The notes: a model not told the origin generated them from the sequence alone. 64,000 nt of DNA from the human T2T-CHM13v2.0 reference genome, Homo sapiens (GCF_009914755.1 NC_060925.1), one strand, 5' to 3'; shown: positions 1 to 13,104, numbered from the stretch's first letter. A program made the numbers and translations.

Positions 1-2275
1 AAAGGCCTTTGATAAAATTCAATACCCCTTCATGCTAAAAACACTCAATAAACTAGGTATTGATGGAACATCTCTCAAAATAATAAGAGCTATTCATGAC
101 AAACCCACAGACAATATGATACTAAATGGACAAAAGCTGGAAGCATTCCCTTTGAAAACCAGCACAAGACAAGGATGCCCTCTCTTGCCACTCCTATTCA
201 ACATAGTGTTAGAAGTTCTGGCCATGGCAATCAGGCAAGAGAAAGAAATAAAAGATATTCAAATAGTAAGAGAGGAAGTCAAATTATCTCTGTTTGCAGA
301 TTACATGATTGTATATTTACATAACCCCATTGTCTCAGCCCAAAAACTCCTTAAGCTGATGAGCAACTTCAGCAAAGTCTCAGTATACACAATCAACATG
401 CAAACATCACAAGCATTCATATACACCAGTAGTACACAAACAGAGAGCCAAATAATGAGCAAACTCCCATTCATGATTGTTACAAAGAGAATAAAATACC
501 TAGGGATACAGCTTACAAGGGATGTGAAGAGGTCCTTCACATCCGTTCAAGGAGAACTACAAACCACTGCTTGAGGAAATAAGAGAGGAGAGAAACAAAC
601 AGAAAAAACATTTCATACTCATGGATAGGAAGAATCAGTATTGTGAAAATGGCCATACTGCCCAAAGTAATTTATAGATTCAATGCTATTCCCATCAAGC
701 TGTCATTGACTTTCTTCACAGAATTAGAAAAAATTACTTTATATTTCATATGGAATTTAAAAAGAGCATGAATAGCCAAGACAATCCTAAGCAAAAAGAA
801 TAAAGATGGAGGCATCATGCTACCTGACTTCAAACTATACTATGAGGCTACAGTAACCAAAACAGCATGGCACTGGTACCAAAACAGATATATGGACCAA
901 TGGAATAGAACAGAGGCCTCAGAAATAACACCACACATCTACAACCATCTGATCTTTGATGAGCCTGACAAAAACAAGCAATGGGGAAAGGAATTCCTAT
1001 TTAATAAATGGTGGTGGGAAAACTGGCTAGCCATATGCAGAAAACTGAAACTGGACCTATTCCTTAAACTTTATACAAAAATTAACTCAAGATGGACTAA
1101 AGACTTAAGTGTAAGACCTAAAATCATAAAAACCCTAGAAGAAAACCTAGGCAATACCATTCAGGACACAGGCATGGGCAAAGACTTCATGACTAAAACA
1201 CCAAAAACAATGGCAACAAAAGCCAAAATTGACAAAAGGATCTAATTAAACTAAAGAGCTTCTGCCCAGCAAAAGAAACTATCACCACAGTGATCAGGCA
1301 ACCTACAGAATGGGAGAAAATTTTTGCAATCTATCCATCTGACAAAGGGCTAATATCCAGAAGCTACAAGGAACTTAAACAAATTTACAAGCAAAAAGCC
1401 AACAACCCCATAAAAAAGTGGGCAAAGGATATGAACAGAAAATCTTCAAAAGAAGTCATTTATGTGGCCAACAAACATATGATAAAAGCTCATCATCCTT
1501 GGTCATTAGAGAAATGCAAATTAAAACCACAGTGAGTTACCATCTCATGCAGGTTAGAATGGCGATAATTAAAAAGTCAGGAAACAACAGATGCTGGAAA
1601 GGGTGTGGAGAAATAGGAATGCTTTTACACTGTTCGTGGGAGTGTAAATTATTTCAACCATTGTGGAAGACAGTGTGGCGATTCCTCAATGATCTAGAAC
1701 TAGAAATACCATTTGATCCAGCAATCCTATTACTGGGTATATACCCAAAGGATTATAAATCATTCTACTATAAAGACACATGCACACGTATGTGTATTGT
1801 GGCACTATTCACAATAGCAAACATTTGGAACCAACACAAATGCCCATCAGTGTTAGATTGGATAAAAAATATATATATGGCACATATACACCATGGAATA
1901 CTATGCAGCCATAAAAAAGAATAAGTTCACTTCCTTTGCAAGGACATGGATGAAGGTGGAAACCATCCTTCTCAGCAAACTAACACAGAAACAGAAAACC
2001 AAACACCACATGTTCTCACTCGTAAGTGGGAGTTGAACAATGAGAACATACGGGCTCAGGGAGGGAAACAACACACAGCAGGGCCTGTCGGGGTGTGGCA
2101 GGTAAGGGGAGGGATAGCATTAGGAGAAATACATAATGTAGATAATGGGCTGATGGGTGCAGCAAACCAACATGGCACATGCATACCTATGTAACAAACC
2201 TGCACATTCTGCACATCATCCCAGAACTTAACATGTAATAAAAAAAGAAAATATGATAAAAGAAAAGAAAAAAAA
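1..2275 (+). mobile_element. LINE-1 (L1PA7/8-like), 3' part of ORF2 + 3'UTR + poly(A); runs off the window start; ORF2 broken by frameshifts
   Basis: ORFs 32..574, 817..1245, 1290..1535 and 1418..1924 are L1 ORF2p pieces: RT motifs RQGCPL and [14 protein letters not shown], and the C-terminal CWKGCGE..LLHCSWEC. They are followed by a G-rich 3'UTR and an A-rich tail at about 2237-2275. Confidence 0.97.
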
Positions 2276-4282
2276 GGAATGGATTTATAAAGCAACACAG
2301 GAGTAATGATGAGCTTTTCATCAGACATCTAAACTACCAATTGCAAATTTATTTAAATAATGTTGCATACTTAAAGATGCAACATTATTTCCATAAAAAG
2401 TCTATAAGGTTGCTTAGATATCAAGTAGAAGGTTGAAACTTCACCTGATATTTATCCATAAAGGTGTGTCATACATTTTGGCAACATCCATTATGCATGC
2501 AGCACTGAGGAAAACATTGGGAAAATCTTATTTACAGCATATAGAATTTGTAAGAGTGCTTCATAGTGAATGTAGAGGAGAGTGGTAGAGTTCAGTTGTA
2601 AAGTAACAACAACCAGACAAAATTTCAGTAATGAACAAAACAAAAATCAGGCAAAATCTCATAGAACTGGAATGCATTAGACTTGTGTTTCAATGAAGCA
2701 TTCTGGCTCCAATAACATGTTTAATCACTGAATTACATTTTAACTCATGTCTATATTACTTCTAGGAATTGAAGGTCTGTCCTAACACCAACAGATATGT
2801 AGGTGGTGTCCTAGGATAAAAGGCCAGTGCTTTGAAGCCACATTAACCTTGTTTTAAATAACAGCTAATTCTTTGTTAAGGGAAATACATAATTGATAGC
2901 AAGAAGATACCATTTAACTTTGGTGAGATGTTGCATTAGTTACGTATCCTCCCTGGGATAGCATCTTTACTTGAAAATAAGCACAGTAATGGCCATATTA
3001 TTGTTGCATATTTATGAAAAATAACAGAGTCTCGTATGCAATGTGCATAATATATTTCAGGTCCTTCGTTTTGCTACCTGCTATTTATGGACAGATTTTC
3101 AGACATATATATGTGCCTTGAATTCTCAGTATTTCCTCCTCACATTTTTGTCACTGCGCTCTGTCCAGCTACTGCGGTATTTCAATACAGAATTTAAGCA
3201 TAGCAGCCTGATTTCATCTATTTTTCTTCATTTTGCTATTCTACTTCTTGCTTCCAAGGGGTCTCCAAGTATATTTCCAAGTCCCCTAACAAGAAATAGG
3301 TCTGCAAAGTCTCTTCAAATGAAAATAATACATTTTAAAATGGAAAAAGAGATTTTTCAGGCCTGCGGTCCTTTGAATCTTCGGAAAATTATTGAACAAT
3401 AAAAACTATAAAAGCTCTTGCTGTGATACTGACACGTATAAAAAAGTTGAACAGTTGTATTTTTACTGTTTTCTGGATTAAAAATGCTGTTCAGCTATCT
3501 AATTCTAAGCTATTGCACAGATTAGACTTAATTACCTCCTCTGAAAACAGTTATTGACTCTAATCAAGCAGGTCAGAAACCATATTTCAAGCAAGTAATC
3601 AACATCAGCTGAAGAAGTATAAAGAGAATCTTGATTTGTGAATTTTTTTTTGAGATTTCCTTCCAGGAACATTAGATCTACATCATATACTGTAAGTTCA
3701 GCTAGTGAAAGCATTTGACCTAGGGAGGACAGAATAATGTGTAAAAAGAGAAAACAACTCTAAACAATCATGGATGTGGGACGTGGAAAATACACAATTC
3801 AGGGATCTCAAATAATTAAAGTATGCTGTTTAATCTGTTCATTTAAAAATTATAAAAATGTGAGTTTGAAAACATAACATAATTATTATTTCAGAATAAA
3901 TTTCTGTCATTGCTTCTAGCTCTCACGGACCATTTTAGCATTGTCATGTTGTCAGGATTTTTTTTAAATACTAATAACTATTTGTCATATGCACAAGACC
4001 CTGTGAGATACTCTGTTTATTTTAAGAAACATACTACACAGTGTTTTCAAGGAAATAGAAAGTTAAACAATGCAAGGCCAAAAGATAAGAAATATAATAA
4101 TTTCAATGAAGGCTTTATTAAAGAGATAATGCTCAAATAAATTTGGAAGATAGGCAAGTTTGTATATGGCGCAGGAAGGGCATTCCTGTTGGGGTTTTGG
4201 GATGAATAAAAGTAGAAAAGTATATTCCTCTTTCAAGAATTCAGTATTCTTTCCTTAAGTGGAAGATTTTAATGTTGCAGTA

Positions 4283-6302
4283 ATTTTTTTTTAACGTTTA
4301 TTTTAGATTCAGAAGGTACATGTTCAGGTTTGTTATCTGAGCATATCGAGTGATGCTGAGGTTTGAGGAACAAATAATCCACTCATCCAGGTAGTGAACA
4401 TAGTACCTAAAGGTAGCTTTTCAACCCTTGCCCTGCTCTTCCCTCTCCACCCTAGTAGTCCCCAGCATCTATTATTCTCATGTTTATGTCCACGAATCCC
4501 AATGTTTAGCTCCCTCTTATAAGTGAGAACATGTGGTATTTGGTTTTCTGTTCCTGCTCTTATTTGCTTAGGATAATGGCCTCCAGCTGCATCCATGTTG
4601 TTGCAAAGGATGTAATTTCATGTTTAATGGCTGCATAGCATTCCGTGGTGCATAAGTACCACATCTTTTTTACCCAGCCCACCATTGATGGGAACCTAGG
4701 TTGATTCTATGTCTTTGCTATGGTGAATAGTGCTGTGATGAACATATGAGTGCATGTGTCTTTTTGTGTATTTTTTGGGATATGTACCTAGTAACGGTAT
4801 TGCTGGGTCAAATGGTAGTTCTGTTTGTTATTTGAAAAATTTCCGAATTGCTTTGTGCAGTGGCTGAACTAATTTACATTCTCACCAACAGTTTATAATG
4901 ACTGGTGTGAGATGGTATTTCATTGTGTTTTTGATTTGCATTTCTCTGATTAGTCATTTGAGGCATTTTTGTTTAATGTTTATTGGTCACTTATGTGTCT
5001 TCTTTTGAGAAGTGTCTGTCTTTTACCCATTTTTTTTTAATGGGATTGTTTTCTGCTTTTTGAAATAAGTTACTTATAAGTTCTAGATATTAAAGTATTT
5101 TCAAATGCATTGTTTTCAAATATTTTCTCCCATTCTTTAGGTCATCTGTTTACTCTGTTTATAGTTTCTTTTGCTGTGCAGAAGCTCTTTAGTTTAATTA
5201 GGTCCCTCTTGTCAATTTTTGTTTTGTGATTGCTTTTGAGGACTTGGTCATACATTTTTTCCCAAGGCTGTTGTCCAGAATGGTGTTTCTGAGATTTTCT
5301 TCTAGGATTCTTATAGTTTTAGGTCTTTCATTTAAATCTTCAATCCATCTTGAGTTAATGTTTGTATATGGTGATAGGTAGTGGCCTAGTTTCATTCTTC
5401 TGCATACAGCTAGCCAGCTATCCTAGCATTGTTTATTGAATAGGGAGCCCCTTTCCATTGCTCGCTTTTGTCAACTTTGTTGAATATCAGATAGCTGTAG
5501 GTGTGCAGCTTTATTTCTAGGTTCTCCATTCTGTTCCACTGGTCTATGTGTCCTTTTTTTTTTTTGTACCAGTACCATGCTATTCTGCTTCCTGTAGCCC
5601 TGTAGTATAGTCTGAAGTTGGACAATGTGATGCCTCCAGCTTTGTTCTTTTTGCTTAGGATTTCTTTGGCTATCTGGGCTCTTTTTTAGTTCCATATACA
5701 ATTAATAATTTTTTTCTAGTTCTGTGAAAAATGATATTGATAGTTTGATAGGAATAGCATTGAATCTGTAGATTGCTTTGGGCAGTATGGCCATTTTGAC
5801 AATATTTATTATTCAAATGCATAAGCATAGGATGTTTTCCATTTCTTTGTGTCATCTATGATTTTTTAGCAGTGTTTTGTACTTATAGAGATTTTATCTG
5901 TCTGGTTAGATGTATTTCTTGTTTTTGTTTTTGTGACTATTGTAAATGGGTTTGCATTCTTGCTTTGGGTTTGAGTTTGAATATTATTGGTTTTAGAAAT
6001 GCTAATGTCTGTACATTGATTTTATATCCTGAAATTTTACTGATGTCTTTTGTCAGTTCCCGGAGCCTTTTGGCAGAGTCTGTAGGGTCGTCTAGGTATA
6101 GAATCATACTGTCTATAAAGAAAGACAGTTTGAATTCTTTTTTTTCCTATTTTGATGACTTTTATTTCTTTCTTTTGCTCTGGCTAGCACTTAGAGTACT
6201 ATGTTGAATAGAAGTGGTGAGAGTGAGCACCTTTGTCTTCCTCCCGTTTTCAAGGGGAATGGTTCCAGGTTTTGCCCATTCAGTATGATGTTGACTGTGG
6301 GT
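4283..6302 (-). mobile_element. LINE-1 (L1PA15/16 or L1PB-like), 5'-truncated 3' fragment
   Basis: T-rich tail at about 4285 followed by the reverse complement of an L1 3'UTR. Minus-strand ORFs give ORF2 peptides ([23 protein letters not shown]; YLSPYTNINSRWIEDLN). Confidence 0.93.
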
Positions 6303-6911
6303 AAGTGACAGGTTTTGAGAATCACAGCTAGTAGTTTCACTTTAAGACATGGAATTATTAGGCAATATATCCAAGGTCATAGGTCTAAAATGATTTATTT
6401 TTAAAAGTATTATCTCTCTTCCCCAGTAGAATTAAGTTCCACAGATGAAGGTGTGGGTCTAGTTGATGTGTTTTAAAAATAAATTTGTTGGAAGTACAAT
6501 AGATTTTCTTTTTCCTTTTCTTTTTCTTTTTTTGATAGGATAATAATTTGAGGCTAGGAGAAAATGTAATAATAGCAATAAGCAAGGTCTGAATTTCAGT
6601 GGTAATTACAACTCTTAAAGCAATCTGTTTACTCAGCTACTGATAAAACTGATTTTGCTAAAAATTATGCCCAGACCGAATATATCGTAAGTTGAATGCA
6701 CTACACTGTTAAAATTAGCCCTTTCTTTTCATCATTTTTATTTGACATGAAGTAAGTTTTTACTTATTTTTGGATAATCAAAATGTATTTATTTTAAGAA
6801 GTTTCACATTTTTAAAACTGCACTGGCTTAAGTATTGATACAATAAATGTAATACTTGAATTAACTCTTTAGACTTCTGTGATATCCCAGATTTGGCAGC
6901 TAGAAAACATC

Positions 6912-7534
6912 TGTAGGGGAGAGGGAAATATTTCTCTCTACTCTCTGAAGGTTCAGTAATCGAGGCTGTGAAATAAACTGACAGTAGAAACATTACAGGA
7001 GAAAAGACATAAATTTATTATGGGCATACACATCAGCATCTCACAAAATATGAGACTTGAAGAAGAGCCAGATGATTGAGGTGTATATATCTCTGAGCTA
7101 CAGAGAAACAGGGGCTTGTGACTTCTGTGGGGGAGGTGGCAACAGGTCATGGGAAGGTAAGGGGAGGAAATGTATGGCAAACAAATGCTGTCTTGTTATG
7201 CAAATAAAAAGCCTCTCAGGTACTAAAAGTTGTCTCAGAGTAGTCCATCAGAAGAACATGTAATAGCCTGTGACAAAGTCTATCTGAGCTAAGTGTTGCC
7301 CTTCAGTAATCTCTCCTATGATAACATCTTCTCTAGTTCATGAGATTTTCATGGCAATTGTTTCCTTTACAGATCTAGCTTTCTTTTATAAAAGGACAGC
7401 TTGTCAGAGCCACTCTTGTATTTGCAGTTTCTCAGAATAATCAGCTTAAAATATGACTAAAAGGTATATTCTGGGGTGGTATATTCTTGTTTACTGTAGT
7501 TATATTTTGGGGTGGTGTATTCTGAGCCCAAACA
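6912..7534 (-). mobile_element. ERV1 MER4-group solo LTR (MER34/LTR48-like)
   Basis: The minus strand begins TGTTTGGGCTCAGAATACACCACCCCAAAATAT with a duplicated CCACCCC..AATAT motif and ends in TACA. Near 4-bp TSD catc/cata. Confidence 0.75.
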
Positions 7535-7579
7535 CATAATATGTAATATTTTTATCTAGATGCCATATCGAAGTCAAGT

Positions 7580-7950
7580 TGATATGGTTTGGCTGTGTCC
7601 CTACCCAAACTCGTCTTAAATTGTAGTTCCCATAATCCCCACATGTCATGGGAGGGACCCAGTGGGAGGTAATTGAATCTTGGTGGCAGTTACCCCCATA
7701 CTGTTCTTGTGATAGTGAGTGAGTTCTCACGAGATCCAGTGGTTTTGTAAGAAGATTTTCCCTCTTTGCTAGACACTTCTCCTTGCTGCCTCTGTGAAGA
7801 ACGATGTGTTTTCTTCCCCTTCTGCCGTGATTGTAAGTCTCCTGAGGCCTCCCTAGTCATGCTGAACTGTGAGTCAATTAAACCTCTTTTCTTTATAAAT
7901 TACCCAGTATCGGGTGTGTCTTTATTAGCAGCATAAAATAGACTAATACA
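7580..7950 (+). mobile_element. THE1 (C/D-like) MaLR solo LTR
   Basis: TGATATGGTTTGGCTGTGTCC...GACTAATACA termini, ATTAAA poly(A) signal, perfect 5-bp TSD CAAGT (7575-7579 and 7951-7955). Confidence 0.95.
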
Positions 7951-8064
7951 CAAGTTTAGACGAAATTGCCTTAATATTTTTAAATATATTAAAAATGTTC
8001 TTGAATAAATTAAAATCTTCTATTCACTGTCACTTCCACCCCACATATTGTAATTCAATGTTTA

Positions 8065-8270
8065 AGGGCTTGAGTCCTCACAGTGCAAATTACTAGCTAT
8101 GTGATATCAAATCTATTATTTAGCCTCTCTATGCTTCATTTTCTTTTTCTTTTTTCTTTTCTGTCTTTTTTTATTTTTGCAAAATGGGGATAAAAATTAT
8201 ATTTCCATCACTGGAAACATTGAAAGAATAAAGAGAGACAATGTAAGTCATATAGACTATTCAACATAAT
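8065..8270 (+). mobile_element. MIR SINE (degenerate)
   Basis: Core-like text ttactagctatgtga...gcctctctatgcttcatttt...gcaaaatggggataa. Confidence 0.6.
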
Positions 8271-10539
8271 GTTATTGCTGATAGTAGACCTTAAGAAAAT
8301 TGAGATTTTTTAATGATTTCTCACAGACACTGGGTAATATTTAGAGAAAATATGTAAACATTCTGTATTTTAAATTAATAAATAAATACATTAAAAAATA
8401 AAAATCTAACACAAAATAATAATGATCATACGTAACTCCTTAGCAACTGTAGGATTTGGGAATGCCACTGAGACTCTTACAAACCTTTAAAACATGGGAA
8501 CGTTGGAAATAATGTAATCTGATGTCTCCATTTTAACACTTGGAAGACAAGAGTCTGAGAAAAGTTACTTGGTTTGTTCAAGCCAGGTAATGTGAATGTA
8601 TGATGTTCCTTTCTGTAATATCCACTGTTTAAAAATACTGAAATATTGTGATAAGGGAGGCCAGATCAAATATTTAAAGATAAACACACCTGAGATAAAT
8701 ACACCTGGCTGAATAATTGAAGGTTACCAGACTTACAATATATTGCATGTAAACACATGTATTCTATCAAAAAAGTTTGGCCAAAATGTGATATTAAAAT
8801 AAATATTGTTTAAAGTATTTGAAATATTTCAACCAAAAAATTTGTCAAAATGTGATATTGAAAAAAATATTTGAAGTATAATATAGTTACTATGATATGG
8901 GTCATAACTTCAAACAATATACTAAATCTTGGCCCTAAATTTAAATTATAAAAATTAAATTATAATATTAAATATTATAAGATACATGTAACTTGGAATT
9001 TCCAGGACATATCAATGTCCATATAACTTTTTTTCTATTTAGTAAAGGTAATATTTATATGTTGAATTAAGCAGCACTTGAAAATTCTAAATCATCTTAT
9101 CAATAAATTCACAGGAAAGTAAGAGTGCTTTGTCAGGAGATAAAATTTACAAAGGAAAATCTGTTCATATGTCGTTGATTTTGACTTTTGATCCAGTATT
9201 TAAAATTTTTACATTTGATTAGAAAGCTCAGAAAGATTGTGTCTCACCTCAAATATATTAAAACATTAGATAGGAAATAAAGACATTCAGATAAACACTC
9301 TTTTTTTTGTTGGTTTGTTTTTCAGGATTTAAGTTAAAATTTAATGTAGGTATCTTGCTTAAATTTGTTATGGGTTGTATACCAATTGCATACAACATTT
9401 CTCAACTAGAATATTGATTAGAGTGAATGTTAAGGTATAATTGGGGGTATTTGTGTTAAAAATTCATATTTAGAAACCTGAGATCTGTGGGAAGATTTTT
9501 AGTATTTTAATCAATGTTTATCATTTGAGGTAAATGTTGGCAATAATTACAATAAAATTACAAGAGCAGATTCTTATACATAAAAGTAAACCTCTTTCTC
9601 CTAAACTTATCGCTTCATTTTTCTCAACAACATAAAAATACCTAAATGTTTTCTAAAAAACATGATTCAGTTCATACACTGGGATATAATTGTGTTTCTG
9701 AATTTAGACCTGTCAACAGGGATGATCAGGAAGGTACAAAACTTTTGGCTTTAGATTAGTTCTGTGTATGTGTTTGGTGGCTCTGTCACATAGGGCAGGT
9801 CACTGGTGGATATTATAGGTATACTATAAGCTTATTATGCTTATTAATATAAGGTGACTTATACAGAGTCAGGTATACTTTTACCAGTGACTTACACAGA
9901 GCTCCTTTTAGTGATAAAAATAAGTTTTGTTTGAGAAGTGATAAAAGATTAATTTTTGTCTATAAAAATTAATATGACCTGCAAAAATGTACAATATACA
10001 GAAAATTGTTTTTTACTTTTTCATTAGCATGTTGAATGCTCTTGTAATTGTAGATAGCAATTATAGCATTGCAATGCCAATGCTACTATGTTAAAAATAA
10101 TATTCCTAGTTTAGCGTAGAGACATAAAACTTTTGACACAGAAAGAATAAAGTGGGGCTAGCTATATAATTTATTCCCCAAATCAGTACAATTTTGACAG
10201 TGAAAAGGTAGCTAAAAATAACAATACCAGAAAAACAGGAGTTAAATGAGACTGTGACAGAAAAAATGTGTATCAGTTTTTTTTTCATAGACATTTAAGA
10301 GTTCAAAGGAATTTATGTGGTTTGTCATATTTAACGTAATGTACTAGTAATAGGGCTAGAAATAAAACCTTGGTTTTCTGACCCACATTGAGTTTCTGGA
10401 AACCCATAGTAGCCACATAAAAGTGGTAAGAACTCAAACATGTAATATCAAATAATTTTCAAAATATTTTTATCTAATTAAAAATTACATTATTATCAAA
10501 GTAAAGCCATTTCCCTACTAACATCATAAAGGAAAGTAA

Positions 10540-11628
10540 AGGCGGTGATTGTTTTGTATGGTTCAGATATGCACAAACACAGTTGCCATGTTTTAGTTTA
10601 ATAACACCAGTCCTCCAACATCAAGGTTCAAATTTCTCAACATCAAGGTTCACAATATAATAAGTAAGTAAATGCATAAAGTACAAACTTCTCTGCTAGC
10701 TCTTTAGTCCATGAATTATAACAGATACAAATTGTGATCAGTAGCTAACCACTTTATTCTAGGTCTGCCAGTGATTGTTCATTGCCATTTCTTATTTAGT
10801 TCAGGCACAGAGCAATACATGCAATTGTGTTGCCTCCTTGTCTCTTAAAGATAAATCCACTTGACATCAAACAAATAATCAAAATAGAAAATTCACCAGT
10901 AAAGAAGAAAGTGTTAGTAAAGAAACAAGATGATGCTGGAAGTAAAATTTGAATAGAATGTGAATATGCTGTCAAAGAAGAGATAAATGGCTCTGGAAAT
11001 GTTGATTGTTACCATTCAAAAGTCTCTAGATATACAACCAAAGGAACTTAATGAAGTTGAAATTATCAACATAAGTGAGGAAAGTAGTCATGACAAAATG
11101 ATGAAGATATCCCAGAGGAAAAGATGCCAGCAAAAAATTTTGACATTAATGGAACACTTGGAGATATTTCATGGCATTGAAATTGCATGCAATGGATAAA
11201 ACGTTAGAAAGTAATCCAAACTTAGAAAAGAAAATTATAACTTGCCAAATCATAAGACAGGCAAACATCTACCCGTCCTCTTTTTCTTTAGAGACGGGGT
11301 CTTGCTCTATTACCCAGGCTGGAGAAAACACTTTTTAAAACTACTCTTGCTAAGTTTTTACAAAGTAAACACTTTAGTTCTCAATGTTTCTAATGCTTTA
11401 AATTACAGTTAAATTTTATAAATATTTCTGAAGTAAATATGAGTTTGTTTTTTTATTTGCCTATGTATTTATAACTGGTAGTAAAGTTTTTAATGTTTTG
11501 AGAAAAAGGTTTAAGGGTCATGGAACAATCACAATTTTTTTCATTGATTATTGAGAATTTTTTCCATGTCTTTAGCTTGCATGGTTAATTTAAGGTCTTG
11601 CAATACTGGGCAAAGTGAAGCTCCCCTG
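10540..11628. mobile_element. TcMar-Tigger DNA transposon remnant (Tigger13-like)
   Basis: Resembles Tigger consensus, ends in a TIR-like ...gcaaagtgaagctcccctg followed by TA, and ORF 10987..11199 has a Tigger C-terminal-like composition. Confidence 0.6.
11281..11324 (-). mobile_element. Severely 5'-truncated Alu (3' terminal ~45 nt) inside the Tigger
   Basis: tttttctttagagacggggtcttgctctattacccaggctggag. Confidence 0.85.
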
Positions 11629-11699
11629 TAATATAGAACATATTTAACCAGATTGGGCTTTTTTTTTTAAAGTATGGTTTGCTTCTATCACATTGATCA

Positions 11700-12600
11700 T
11701 TTTTGTACTTTTAAGTTTTGATTTAATTTTAAATTTACAGAAAACATGCAATAGTAAAAGTAACTGCTAAAAACTTTCCACTCGTATTTGGCCATTGTTT
11801 ACATTTTTCTCCATTCACTTTATAATCATTTCTCTCTCTCTCTCTGTTTCCCTCTATCTGCCTTCCTCCATATTCCTACACTCCCCCTTCCTTTATGTTT
11901 CTTGACTTTGCTATTTCTGAACCTTATTAGCTAGTTTGTTGAGAAGAATGTCACTTGATTTGGGTTGATCTGATATTTCTTCATGCTTATATTCAGGTTA
12001 TGTGGATTACTGATAGGCATAACATGGAATTGAGACTGGGCTTTTTACTGACTCTTAGAGTTTTATCCCATTAATGGTGATATTAACTTCAATTCTTGGT
12101 TGGAGTTATATCTGTCAGATTTTTCTTTGTAAAATTACTTTTTTGGCCTAACATATAAATTTGGAGAGGGATATTTTATAAATTTTAAATACCCGATTTC
12201 TCGTCAAATGATAACCCACTAGTTTTAGCATCTATTAATGATGCAATTTTCTGTTTTTTAAGTACAGATAAAACTAAGGGATAAAGGTAGTTAGAATGTA
12301 AATTGGTGCCGTATTTCTGTGGGGTATTTGGCAAAAAATATCAGAAGTTTAAACACTTAAATATCTAGTAATTCCTTCTGTGGAAATTTTTTTCCAAAAA
12401 AAATAATCACTGATTTCTTCATCTTAGCTATATTTAAGACAGTGGCATTTTTGAAATAAATTAAATAACCTACAACAGATATATTACATTAAAATAATAG
12501 AATATTAAGCAATTACTTTAAATTATGTTTTGAGGTTTATTTAATGGTCAAGAAAATTATTTAGCATATAATGTTAAGTAAAATAAATCGAATTATAAAA
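11700..12600. mobile_element. Old L1M(C/E) 3' fragments
   Basis: ttttaaatttacagaaaa..tgcaa, resembling an L1M 3' end on the minus strand, and aatgtaaattggtgc..ttctg..ttggcaa, resembling the ORF2 end on the plus strand. Confidence 0.45.
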
Positions 12601-13104
12601 CAGCATTGAATTATCATATTTTTGCATAAGTTAAGGGTTTTTTAGAGTAAAATAGAAGTTTATTTTATGAAAATAATAGTGATTATTACCTCTAGATTAG
12701 TAGCATTTAGGTACTATTTTGCTTTGTCTAATATTAATTTTTTGATATTATCTAAGTAAAAAAATTAATATTTTTGTGGCATTTTATATTTGAAGCAAAT
12801 AAAACATTATAAGCATCTTCAGTAATATTCACATTAACATTTTGCAATATAATTTGAGTTCATGTGATCTGAGCAATCAGTTATTTGCAATGTTTAACTC
12901 ACTCCTTTGGGATCAGGGGAAATGCTAGCTATTGATTCATAGTGACCAGTTGAAAACGAAGATAAAATAAATTGTTTGATCGAAGTGTATTTGCTTATAA
13001 ATTCATGCATTTGGAAATAAAGCTACAAAAGAAGCATTAATTCAATTTCCTTTCAACTTTTTTTTCAGGAAAAAAGTCTTATTGTCCCCAGATTCTAATT
13101 AACA

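Noticed and set aside
32-1924. Longest ORFs (180, 142 and 168 aa) as a functional gene
   Set aside because: They are frameshifted fragments of L1 ORF2p; the RT FADD motif reads FADY.
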